Positions 55,935 through 63,952 of a stretch of 64,000 bases of DNA are shown piece after piece. Within the stretch, counting starts at the first letter, position 1. The number at the start of each line of letters is the position of its first letter. The notes below the pieces were generated by a model that was not told the DNA's origin, made no database searches, and saw only the letters and a program-made list of their open reading frames with translations. A program made the translations under genes and the position numbers. The stretch is from a bacterium. Its GTDB lineage: Bacteria > Patescibacteriota > Minisyncoccia > Minisyncoccales > CG1-02-41-26. The stretch covers positions 3,597 through 67,596 of the forward strand of contig JAUVXX010000004.1 in assembly GCA_030603395.1 (NCBI GenBank), read 5' to 3'.

Positions 55935-56363
55935 ATGGCCTCACGTCATCTTGCTCGTTCCATAGTTCTCCAATCATTGTTTGAATGGGATTTTTACCAG
56001 GGGAAGTTTGATTTGGATAAAATTATCAAGAGAAACATTAAAAAATTTGGTGGAAATTTTGATGAAAAGCAATTTACCCAGAATTTAGCCGAAGGGGTGA
56101 TGAAAAATTTTGCCAAAATAGACAAAGTTATTAAGAATTCGGCCACCGAGCGTCCCATTGAGCAATTGAGCACTGTTGATAGAAATGTTTTAAGGATTGG
56201 ACTTTTTGAGCTTTTGTACGGCAACAAAAAAGAGGTTCCACCAAAAGTTGCCATTAACGAAGCAATTGAATTAGCCAAGAATTTTGGAGGAGAGAGTTCG
56301 GGAAGATTTGTCAACGGAGTTTTGGGCACCGTCTACAAAGAAATAGAAAAGGAGACAACATGA
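55935..56363 (+). CDS. nusB: Transcription antitermination factor NusB
   Basis: [14 protein letters not shown]..., [10 protein letters not shown]. Confidence 0.8.
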   Translation: MASRHLARSIVLQSLFEWDFYQGKFDLDKIIKRNIKKFGGNFDEKQFTQNLAEGVMKNFAKIDKVIKNSATERPIEQLSTVDRNVLRIGLFELLYGNKKEVPPKVAINEAIELAKNFGGESSGRFVNGVLGTVYKEIEKETT

Positions 56364-57049
56364 AAGATTTTTCTCAATTAGAAAAAAAGTTGGGTTTAAA
56401 ATTCAAGAATAAAGATCTTTTAATTCAAGCTTTTATTCACCGTTCCTACCTGAACGAGAACCCCAAATTTTATTTAGACCATAACGAAAGATTAGAGTTT
56501 TTAGGGGATGCCGTCTTGGAAATAGTCGTTACCAAATATCTTTATCAGAAATATCCTAAAAAATCCGAAGGAGAACTTACCAATTGGAGGGCGGCTTTGG
56601 TCAATGCCCAAAGTTTATCAAAGATTGCCAAAAACCTTGGGTTTGGAGAATATCTTTTGCTTTCCCGGGGAGAGACCAAAGACACTGGCAAAGCTCGCCA
56701 ATATATTTTAGCCAACACTTTTGAAGCATTTTTGGGGGCTTTTTATCTTGACCAGGGATTGGAAAAAGTTCGGCAGTTTGTCAAAACTCATTTAATTAAA
56801 GAATTAGCCAAAATTTTAAAAGAAGGACTTTGGCGAGACGCTAAATCAAGTTTTCAAGAAGAGGGCCAGGAGAGAGCAAGAATTACCCCCAATTATAAAG
56901 TTTTAAAAGAATGGGGACCAGACCATGCCAAACATTTTGTGATCGGAGTGTTCCTGGGAAAAGAATTGGTGGCTGAAGGAGAGGGTTCTTCCAAACAAGA
57001 AGCCGAAGAGAAAGCCGCCCAAGCAGCCTTAAGAGCCAAAAACTGGTAA
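56360..57049 (+). CDS. rnc: Ribonuclease III
   Basis: [12 protein letters not shown] signature and a C-terminal dsRBD. Confidence 0.9.
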   Translation: MKDFSQLEKKLGLKFKNKDLLIQAFIHRSYLNENPKFYLDHNERLEFLGDAVLEIVVTKYLYQKYPKKSEGELTNWRAALVNAQSLSKIAKNLGFGEYLLLSRGETKDTGKARQYILANTFEAFLGAFYLDQGLEKVRQFVKTHLIKELAKILKEGLWRDAKSSFQEEGQERARITPNYKVLKEWGPDHAKHFVIGVFLGKELVAEGEGSSKQEAEEKAAQAALRAKNW

Positions 57050-57055
57050 AAAAAT

Positions 57056-57514
57056 ATGTTAGTTATTCGTTTTTTAAGAGCAGGCAAAAAAAATCAACCA
57101 TTTTTCAGGATTGTCGTTACCGACAAAAAGAATCCACCCAGAGGCGGCAGGTTTTTAGAAGTGGTTGGCTTTTTTAATCCCTTAACCAAAGAAAAGAAGT
57201 TGAAGAAAGAGCGAATTAAATATTGGCTCAGCGTTGGCGCTCAACCTTCCGACACTGTCCATAATTTATTGGTAGGGGAGAAAATTATTGAGGGTAAAAA
57301 AATAGACGTCCACAAAAAGCCCAAGAAAAAGGAGAAACCGGAAGAAGAAAAACCAGCAGAGAAACCAAAGGAAGAGATGAAAGAAGAGAAAAAGGAAGAG
57401 AAGCCAAAAGAAGAAGAGAAATCAAAAGAGGAAAAGCCATCTGAAGAAAAGCCAAAAGAAAAACCCAGGGAAGAGGAAAAACCAGAAAGACCCCCTCAAC
57501 CCCTTGACAAATAA
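57056..57514 (+). CDS. rpsP: 30S ribosomal protein S16 with a roughly 70-aa K/E/P-rich tail
   Basis: [23 protein letters not shown]. Confidence 0.9.
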   Translation: MLVIRFLRAGKKNQPFFRIVVTDKKNPPRGGRFLEVVGFFNPLTKEKKLKKERIKYWLSVGAQPSDTVHNLLVGEKIIEGKKIDVHKKPKKKEKPEEEKPAEKPKEEMKEEKKEEKPKEEEKSKEEKPSEEKPKEKPREEEKPERPPQPLDK

Positions 57515-57531
57515 TATAGCTATGCTATAAT
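57504..57531 (+). promoter_or_regulatory. Consensus sigma70-type promoter overlapping the rpsP 3' end
   Basis: TTGACA (57504-57509), a 16-nt spacer, then TATAAT (57526-57531). Confidence 0.5.
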
Positions 57532-57537
57532 ACAAGC

Positions 57538-57664
57538 ACAAGAAGAAAAATAGAATGACTAAATTTTGGAGAGAGGATTTAGTCAAATTTAATCGATAGA
57601 TATCTACTGATTAGAAATTTATTCGCAACAGGCGACTCTCTCTGGAGAGTCGCCTGTTGCTTTG
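57538..57664 (+). ncRNA. Candidate small RNA, or a structured rpsP 3' UTR, ending in a 16-bp terminator hairpin
   Basis: Promoter above, GACTAAAT...ATTTAGTC hairpin, and the perfect stem GCAACAGGCGACTCTC/GAGAGTCGCCTGTTGC (57625-57660) followed by TTTG. There is no ORF longer than 14 codons. Confidence 0.35.
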
Positions 57665-57884
57665 TAAAAATATGTATCAAACTCTTCTCAGAAGCCCTAT
57701 TTAAGGTTTCTGGGGAGAAGGATGGAGGGGAGAGAGAAAAGCTCGAATTAGGCCGTCTCGGCTGTTCGCCAGCCGATCAGACGAATACCTAAATCAAGCA
57801 AATAAAAATGTTCTTCTCCATCCTTCTCTTGAACAGCATATTTTTTAAAAAAAAGATATCAAAGATATCAGAAAGGTGATAAAA

Positions 57885-58028
57885 ATGACGGTAGTCGACC
57901 ACAATCACCACAGTCCTTCCAACAGAGATGTCAGATGGGCGGTGGATACCCGGACGGGTCAAGTTCTCCCTCCCCGAGAACTTGAAGATCGTCTACAAGA
58001 GCGGACTTCGTGGCGAGTAAAGAATTAG
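57885..58028 (+). CDS. Small protein (47 aa), not in the ORF track
   Basis: AAAGGTGAT Shine-Dalgarno sequence 5 nt upstream of the ATG. It is preceded by a nested-helix leader. Confidence 0.25.
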   Translation: MTVVDHNHHSPSNRDVRWAVDTRTGQVLPPRELEDRLQERTSWRVKN

Positions 58029-58276
58029 GATCTGTCAGGTGGGGCCCCGAAGAGCCGCGCCTGAAAACAGAAGGACTTGCACTTTTCAGAAAAAATAAGG
58101 GAAGGAGGAAAGAGCTTTTGCTCGTTATTATTTCTCCTTCCCTGGTCTCCCAAGTTCAGAATTTGCAGAGGACAGTCCTCCGTAAGCTCAATTCTGGATT
58201 TAGGAGATTGGATGTAGATTAAAAAATAAAAAATAAGGAAAAAGCTCGCCGCCGTAGGTGGGCAGGAGGAAAGAAA

Positions 58277-58678
58277 ATGAAAGAAAAGAAAAGGCAAGAA
58301 ATTCAGGGAAAAACTAGTTGGAATGGAGTGAATTATCTAAGGCGAAGGGTAGTCATTGACGACTATCCAGAGGGATACGAGATAAGGTGTTTTAGAAAAG
58401 ATGAGCTTCATCTTTCTGTAGAAGATCGTCCCAACTATGTTTTTTTCCGGAGGCATGCTAATTTCCTAAGCATTATACGTTTAATAGGGATTTTCTTAGG
58501 AGATATAATCTTAGGAGGGGAAGTGAATGGTATTTGCTGGTGTGGAAGTAAAAAACACCACCATTTCACTTTTCATGATGAAACAGAAGAGGATATTTGG
58601 GACACTGTAAATAAATACATTTGTCCCAACTGCGGCGATATAGGAAGAAGTATCAGTAAGCCGGAGCACTCTGACTAG
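58277..58678 (+). CDS. Hypothetical protein with a C-terminal zinc-ribbon-like motif (CWCG...CPNCG)
   Basis: 133-aa ORF with AGGAGGAAAG upstream. Confidence 0.4.
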   Translation: MKEKKRQEIQGKTSWNGVNYLRRRVVIDDYPEGYEIRCFRKDELHLSVEDRPNYVFFRRHANFLSIIRLIGIFLGDIILGGEVNGICWCGSKKHHHFTFHDETEEDIWDTVNKYICPNCGDIGRSISKPEHSD

Positions 58679-59024
58679 CTGTAAAATAGGACCATCGGTC
58701 AGTGCAAGGCTAATATTGAAATATTGCACCCTCCAGATATGCAGGTATAGTCTGGTTGTATGGGAGAAAACGCCCGCACTATATCGTGATTCCCAAGAGG
58801 TGGATATAGTGTATGAAGCGTCCCTGCCTTTTTAAGGCATTCTTCTTTTTTCACCATAGCCGGAGTGCCCTGGCCGGCTGCAAAACAGAAGGGTCGAAAT
58901 TCTATGTGGAGAGAGTGAGGTATACTCCTCTCTCCACCCACTTTCCCAGTTCCTTACCAGGTAGGGGATTGAGAAAGTGGGGAAAGTACATTTTATTCAA
59001 AAAAATAAATAAGGAGAAGTTATA

Positions 59025-59420
59025 ATGACACCAAGAAATCTTGAAGAGGTGAGAAAGGAAGTTGAAAAAATAAGAGATAACTTTGGAAAACCTGTTGAGG
59101 GAAAGATAAAGCCATTGGTGATTGGCTTGCGAAGATGGGGGATAAAAACAAGGCAGTCATGTGAAGGTCATCTGTCTCGTGCTCTCTCTTATCCTTGGGT
59201 ATCAATTTCTAAAAGACAAGTTAGCAGGGTAGTTAAAATAATGGGTCGGCATAATGGACTAAGACTTCCGGATGGGAAGAAGAATAGAAATATTTGGGTA
59301 TTGAGGCCTGGTGGAGTACTACGTTTAATGCCAGAGGAGAAAAATCGAGATTTAGAGGGAATGCAAAAAGATGCCATTGAACGCGGACTCTTTTTGCAAA
59401 ATCTTCCGGATGAATGGTGA
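59025..59420 (+). CDS. Hypothetical protein (131 aa)
   Basis: AAGGAGAAG Shine-Dalgarno sequence, followed by a 10-bp hairpin and a T-run. Confidence 0.4.
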   Translation: MTPRNLEEVRKEVEKIRDNFGKPVEGKIKPLVIGLRRWGIKTRQSCEGHLSRALSYPWVSISKRQVSRVVKIMGRHNGLRLPDGKKNRNIWVLRPGGVLRLMPEEKNRDLEGMQKDAIERGLFLQNLPDEW

Positions 59421-59713
59421 TAAATAGATGAGAAAAAATGAGAGAGGTAGGGGTTACTTATTTCTCTGCCTCTCTAGTTTTTCTTCGGAGAGTTGCCAGT
59501 GAGATAGATCGGACATTAGTTAGGAAGTTTTGGCGATTTTCGCCAAAATCTCTCTCCTCATTCTTCAAAACTGATGTTCGAATAATTCTATATTTGCTGG
59601 CAGCTTTCTGGGGAAAACTTGACATTTTTCTTCAGCAGAGTAAGATATTCAATAGAAGAGTAGCTTTTCAAGATTATTTGCCGATTCTCTGAATTGCTGA
59701 AAGAGAGAATCGC

Positions 59714-59742
59714 TTGAAAGGTCGGGCTACTGATCGGATAAT
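59714..59742 (+). promoter_or_regulatory. Promoter for the KH-domain gene and trmD
   Basis: TTGAAA, a 17-nt spacer, then GATAAT. Confidence 0.4.
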
Positions 59743-59763
59743 TGAATTCAAACGAAAAGAATT

Positions 59764-60084
59764 ATGGCAACTAAAGATTCCGATAAAGAATTTCTGGAGT
59801 ATGTAATCAAAGCTCTAGTTGACAATCCTGACGATGTAAAACTTGACCGAAAAGTTGACGAGATGGGGGTTTTGCTTTCTTTGAAAGTTAATCCTGAAGA
59901 CATGGGTCAAATCATTGGAAAGGATGGAGCAACTGCCAGAGCAATCCGAAATCTTGTCCGGATTGTGGGACTCAAAAATCACGCAAGAGTTAACTTGAAG
60001 ATTGAAGAGCCCGTTGGTGGAAGAGGCGGAACAAGAGAAAAAGCTGCAGAAAAGAAAGGAGATTTGGAGGATTTGAAACTCTAA
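59764..60084 (+). CDS. KH-domain RNA-binding protein (YlqC/UPF0109 family)
   Basis: GQIIGKDGATARAIRNLV contains the GxxG KH motif. The gene sits in the usual position between rpsP and trmD. Confidence 0.8.
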   Translation: MATKDSDKEFLEYVIKALVDNPDDVKLDRKVDEMGVLLSLKVNPEDMGQIIGKDGATARAIRNLVRIVGLKNHARVNLKIEEPVGGRGGTREKAAEKKGDLEDLKL

Positions 60085-60152
60085 AAGAAATCTTCCAGTT
60101 GAATTTTCCGGAAACGGTGCTACTATAGAAAGGTAGCGCCGTTTTCGTTTCC

Positions 60153-60848
60153 ATGAAGTTTGACATTATTACAATCTTTCCGGAGATTTTTGATTTTTAC
60201 TTCAAGCATTCCATTATTAAAAAAGCTCAAGAAAAAGGAGTAATAAAGATTCAAGTTCACAATCTTAGAGATTTCACGGGGGACAGACACAAAACCGTTG
60301 ATGACAAACCCTTCGGTGGTGGCAGAGGCATGGTACTCAAGCTGGAACCAATATTTAAGGCGGTTTCCAGCTTGAAAAATCCCAAATCCCAAATCCTAAA
60401 TCCCAAAAAGTTGAAGAAGAAAATGAAAGTGATTCTTTTTACCCCGAGAGGGAAGAAATTTAATCAGAAAATGGCTACTCGCTTGGCAAAACTTGACCAG
60501 ATTATTCTAATTTCTGGCAGATATGAAGGGGTGGACGAAAGGGTAGCCAAGCATCTCTGCGATGAAAAAATTTCCATGGGGGATTACGTTTTAATGGGTG
60601 GGGATTTACCGGCTTTAACATTAATTGAAACGGTGGCCAGATTAATTCCCGGGGTGATTGGCAAATCTGAACTGTTAAAGGAGAGAATTACCAAACAGAA
60701 AGGATTTATAGAATATCCCCAATATACCAGACCAGAGGTATTTGAATCTAAACCAAAAGTAAAATGGCGGGTGCCCAAAATTCTTTTGTCCGGCAACCAT
60801 AAAAAGATTGAGGAATGGCGGAAGAAACAGGGCAAAATCATTGAATAA
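60153..60848 (+). CDS. trmD: tRNA (guanine37-N1)-methyltransferase
   Basis: [38 protein letters not shown]. Confidence 0.9.
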   Translation: MKFDIITIFPEIFDFYFKHSIIKKAQEKGVIKIQVHNLRDFTGDRHKTVDDKPFGGGRGMVLKLEPIFKAVSSLKNPKSQILNPKKLKKKMKVILFTPRGKKFNQKMATRLAKLDQIILISGRYEGVDERVAKHLCDEKISMGDYVLMGGDLPALTLIETVARLIPGVIGKSELLKERITKQKGFIEYPQYTRPEVFESKPKVKWRVPKILLSGNHKKIEEWRKKQGKIIE

Positions 60849-60877
60849 AACGAAATTTTTTGGTAGAATCTCAAGAA

Positions 60878-60960
60878 GGGTAGGTACCTAAGTGGTCAAA
60901 GGGGGCTGACTGTAAATCAGCTGGCTTCGGCCTTCGGGGGTTCGAATCCCTCCCTGCCCA
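60878..60960 (+). tRNA. tRNA-Tyr (GUA), long variable arm
   Basis: GGGTAGG/CCTGCCC acceptor, GCTGA-CTGTAAA-TCAGC anticodon arm, a variable stem-loop and GGTTCGAATCC. Confidence 0.85.
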
Positions 60961-60966
60961 CAATTT

Positions 60967-61040
60967 GCCAGGATAGCTCAGACGGTTAGAGCACGTCATT
61001 GGTAATGACGAGGTCGGCGGTTCAACTCCGCCTCCTGGCT
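60967..61040 (+). tRNA. tRNA-Thr (GGU)
   Basis: GCCAGGA/TCCTGGC acceptor, CGTCA-TTGGTAA-TGACG anticodon arm. Confidence 0.85.
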
Positions 61041-61049
61041 CATATTTCT

Positions 61050-61211
61050 ATGGCAAAAAAGAAGAAACCATTTATAAAACTTCAGTGTTCTGAATGTAAA
61101 AGAATCAATTATTTCACCAGCAAATCAAGGCAAGCTGAGGGTAAGTTAGAATTGAAAAAGTTCTGTAAATTTTGTAGAAAGCATACCTTACACAAAGAGA
61201 TGAAAAAGTGA
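61050..61211 (+). CDS. rpmG: 50S ribosomal protein L33
   Basis: [25 protein letters not shown]...[13 protein letters not shown]. The track start at 60999 overlaps tRNA-Thr. Confidence 0.85.
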   Translation: MAKKKKPFIKLQCSECKRINYFTSKSRQAEGKLELKKFCKFCRKHTLHKEMKK

Positions 61212-61217
61212 ATCATT

Positions 61218-61289
61218 GGGGGTATAAGCTTAATGGTAAACTGCGGCTCTCCAAAAGCCGACTTCCGGGTTCGAATCCTGGTACCCCCG
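61218..61289 (+). tRNA. tRNA-Trp (CCA)
   Basis: GGGGGTA/TACCCCC acceptor, CGGCT-CTCCAAA-AGCCG anticodon arm and GGTTCGAATCC. Confidence 0.85.
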
Positions 61290-61290
61290 C

Positions 61291-61596
61291 ATGCCAGGGA
61301 AAAAATCAAATTCCATAAACGATTTACTTCTTTTTATTCTTTTCTCCTCAACCAAGGATGGGAAATGTTCATTTCAGAAGTTGGTCAAGGAGTTTTTTGA
61401 TGCTTTCCCTGAAATTTCCTCCCTCAAAGGTTATCCTCAATGGCCCGACACTAGAAAACTTGATCGACCTTTAAGAATGTTGAGAAAGAAAAAGCTAATT
61501 AAGGGCGACCCCAAAACTTTCTTTACCTTAACACCCCAGGGCAAGAGAGAAGCGAAAGACATTGCCAAGGTTCTGGGACAAAAGAAACTCCTCTAA
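61291..61596 (+). CDS. Hypothetical protein (101 aa)
   Basis: ORF abutting the next gene. No family was recognised. Confidence 0.35.
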   Translation: MPGKKSNSINDLLLFILFSSTKDGKCSFQKLVKEFFDAFPEISSLKGYPQWPDTRKLDRPLRMLRKKKLIKGDPKTFFTLTPQGKREAKDIAKVLGQKKLL

Positions 61597-61980
61597 ATGC
61601 AACAAGCTGCCTTTGAAAAATTAGTCCAAAAAGCTCTTTTGACCTTGCCAGAATATATCCGTCAGAAAATGGAAAATGTTGCTATTTGTATTGAGCGAGA
61701 GCCATCGGCTGAGCAATTTAGAAAATCCGGTACCAGGATTTCAAATTTTCTTTTAGGCCTCTATCAGGGAATACCCAAAACAGCTTGGGGCAGGGAAAGT
61801 TCTCCTGGTAGAATCCCAGATAAAATTACCATTTTCCAAAGACCAATTGAAAACTTAACTGGTTCAGAGAAAGAAGTTGAAGAATTGGTTAGAATGGTGG
61901 TCTGGCACGAAATTGCCCACCACTTCGGTTTTTCGGAAGCCAAAGTAAGAGAGCTTGAGAGAAAATGGAAACAAGCTTAA
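61597..61980 (+). CDS. Zincin-like metallopeptidase family protein (DUF1025-like)
   Basis: WHEIAHHFG contains an HExxH motif. Size is about 127 aa. Confidence 0.55.
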   Translation: MQQAAFEKLVQKALLTLPEYIRQKMENVAICIEREPSAEQFRKSGTRISNFLLGLYQGIPKTAWGRESSPGRIPDKITIFQRPIENLTGSEKEVEELVRMVVWHEIAHHFGFSEAKVRELERKWKQA

Positions 61981-62002
61981 GATTAAACAAACTAAAATTA
62001 AT

Positions 62003-62030
62003 TTGACAATTTAACAAAATCTATTATACT
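62003..62030 (+). promoter_or_regulatory. Promoter upstream of the FabZ-like gene
   Basis: TTGACA, a 16-nt spacer, then TATACT. Confidence 0.5.
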
Positions 62031-62181
62031 AAAAATAGTTTTTTAAATATCTTTTTTGGAGGGAATAGAGAAATGAAAGAAATTAAGATAAAGAGCAAAA
62101 ATAAGGGATGTGGTGGAGCTTTTTGTTTCTTGGTAGAAATTATGACAGGAGCTACGAAAGCTCTAAGGGAGGAAGAAAGCC

Positions 62182-62673
62182 ATGAGTGTAAGATTAGAAC
62201 AGCAACAGCCCGTTTTGACCAAAAGGCAGATAGAAAAGATTCTGCCTCATCGGGAAAATTGGCTATTGATTGACAGAGTATTGATGCTGACTAAAGAGGG
62301 AATTGTGACAGAGGCAAGCATTCCCGAAGAGATGTGTCAAGGACATTTTCCAGGTAATCCTATTGTACCGGGTTCTCTTTTAGCTGAGGCGATGAGTCAA
62401 GCGGTTGCCATATTAGGGTCTAGAAGAGTGTTTCCTAATGAATTATCCTCTCTGGAATTCAGATTAAGGGGTTACAAAGTGATAAGGTTCTGGGGAGAGG
62501 TTCGCCCGGGAGAGATGATAACAGTCTCAGCAAAAAAACCAAAACCTAGACAACTAAAAATACTAAGAGGAAATAAGGGTTTTGATGGTAAATTCGAGGC
62601 TGAAGTTCATCAGAATGGAAAAAGGGTGGCTTGGGGAATAATTGTTGGGGTTGCCAGAATAAAAGAAGCTTAA
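62182..62673 (+). CDS. FabZ/FabA-like hotdog-fold dehydratase
   Basis: LPHRENWLLIDRV..GHFPGNPIVPGSLLAEAMSQ matches the FabZ active-site region (LPHR.P.LL.D, GHFP..P..PGVL..EA..Q). Confidence 0.65.
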   Translation: MSVRLEQQQPVLTKRQIEKILPHRENWLLIDRVLMLTKEGIVTEASIPEEMCQGHFPGNPIVPGSLLAEAMSQAVAILGSRRVFPNELSSLEFRLRGYKVIRFWGEVRPGEMITVSAKKPKPRQLKILRGNKGFDGKFEAEVHQNGKRVAWGIIVGVARIKEA

Positions 62674-62703
62674 ATAGACAGGAACCTTGTCGGACAGAAT
62701 GTA

Positions 62704-62745
62704 GAAAGCCCTCTCGCTTTTGAACGCTTGAGGGCTTTTCGCTTG
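62704..62745 (+). terminator. Rho-independent terminator after the FabZ-like gene
   Basis: AAGCCCTC...GAGGGCTT followed by TTTCGCTT. Confidence 0.6.
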
Positions 62746-62777
62746 ATAAAAATTATCAAGGGTTTATAATATTAAAT

Positions 62778-63845
62778 ATGTCACTCTCGGTTGGTATTTT
62801 GGGTTTGCCCAATGTCGGCAAATCAACTCTTTTTCAGGCCCTGACCAAAAAGCAAGTTAATATCTCAAACTATCCTTTTTGTACGGTTGAGCCGAATATA
62901 GGTGTAGTTCAAGTTCCCGATGAGAGGTTGGAAAAGTTAGCTGAAATTACCAAACCCAAGAAAGTATTACCCTCAATTATTAAGTTTGTTGATGTGGCTG
63001 GTTTGGTCAGAGGAGCCCACAAGGGAGAAGGTTTGGGTAATCAATTTTTAGCCCATTTGAGAGAAACTGACGCTTTATTGCATATTGTCAGGTGTTTCCA
63101 GAATGAAAATATTGCCCACGTGGATGGTGAAATAAATCCTCTAAGGGACATCGAGACGATAAAAAGCGAATTAATTTTAAAGGATTTAGAAACAGTTGAG
63201 AAAAGGTTGGAGAAAGTTGAAAAAGATTTGAAAGCCAACAAAAAAGAGGTAGGGGTTGAATTTGAAGTTCTAAACTCTTTGAAAGAAAAATTGAGGCAGG
63301 AAGAAACAGCAATCTCTTTTTTTAAGAACCTTGAGCCAGAGAAAAAGGGAGCAGTTGACTCTCTTTTTTTATTGACTGCCAAACCCCAAATCTATCTTTT
63401 GAATTGTCCTGAAAAAGAAATTCCAGAAGATTTAAAAAGAGAACTGGCCGGAGAGGGAAGTAGCTGGCTTCATTTGGATTTAAGGGAAGAACTGGATAAA
63501 TCAGAGCTTAATCAGGAAGAAAGGAAAGAGCTTGGTTTGGGAGAGTCAAAACTTGACACTCTAATTAAAAAATGCTATGAAGTATTAAACTTAATCACTT
63601 TCTTTACCATTGTCGGCACAGAGGAGACTCGCGCCTGGCCCATAGAGAAAGGAAGCACGATTTTAGAAGGAGCTGGTAAGGTTCACAGTGACTTCCAGGA
63701 AAAGTTTGTCAGGGCCGAAGTTATTAATTGGCAGAGATTGCTTGAAATTGGCAACTGGAAGAAGGGCTCAGAGCTCGGGCTCTTGAAAACAGTCGGTAAA
63801 GATTATATTTTAGAAGATGGTGATGTAGTTGAGGTAAAAATATGA
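62778..63845 (+). CDS. ychF: Ribosome-binding ATPase YchF
   Basis: GILGLPNVGKST, FCTVEPN, a TGS-like C-terminus. Confidence 0.9.
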   Translation: MSLSVGILGLPNVGKSTLFQALTKKQVNISNYPFCTVEPNIGVVQVPDERLEKLAEITKPKKVLPSIIKFVDVAGLVRGAHKGEGLGNQFLAHLRETDALLHIVRCFQNENIAHVDGEINPLRDIETIKSELILKDLETVEKRLEKVEKDLKANKKEVGVEFEVLNSLKEKLRQEETAISFFKNLEPEKKGAVDSLFLLTAKPQIYLLNCPEKEIPEDLKRELAGEGSSWLHLDLREELDKSELNQEERKELGLGESKLDTLIKKCYEVLNLITFFTIVGTEETRAWPIEKGSTILEGAGKVHSDFQEKFVRAEVINWQRLLEIGNWKKGSELGLLKTVGKDYILEDGDVVEVKI

Positions 63846-63952
63846 TAAGAACAATTGACATTATAGTAATAGTCGCTTTTTTTATAATCGCTGCTTGGTT
63901 TTTAATTAAAGGTTATCCTGAGACAATAGGAGCCTTTATTGGGGGTTTTTAG
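63842..63952 (+). CDS. Small membrane protein (36 aa), not in the ORF track
   Basis: ATGA overlap with the ychF stop and a hydrophobic core (IIVIVAFFIIAAWFLI). Confidence 0.25.
   Translation: MIRTIDIIVIVAFFIIAAWFLIKGYPETIGAFIGGF

Noticed and set aside
58699-58941. 80-aa reverse-strand ORF and 70-aa forward ORF (58813-59025) in the rpsP-KH island
   Set aside because: Neither has a ribosome-binding site. They overlap each other and coincide with perfect hairpins, so they are more likely chance frames in a structured non-coding region.
59438-59692. 84-aa ORF after the 131-aa gene
   Set aside because: It begins inside the terminator-like hairpin of the upstream gene. It spans several perfect palindromes (for example TTTTGGCGA-TTT-TCGCCAAAA) and has no Shine-Dalgarno sequence.
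60999-61049. N-terminal extension of L33 in the ORF track
   Set aside because: It overlaps the 3' half of tRNA-Thr. The canonical L33 sequence starts at MAKKKK (61050).
62073-62273. 66-aa ORF in the FabZ-like leader as a real gene
   Set aside because: It does have a GGAGGG site, but it overlaps the FabZ-like start out of frame by about 90 nt and has low-complexity content. I kept it only as a note within the FabZ finding.
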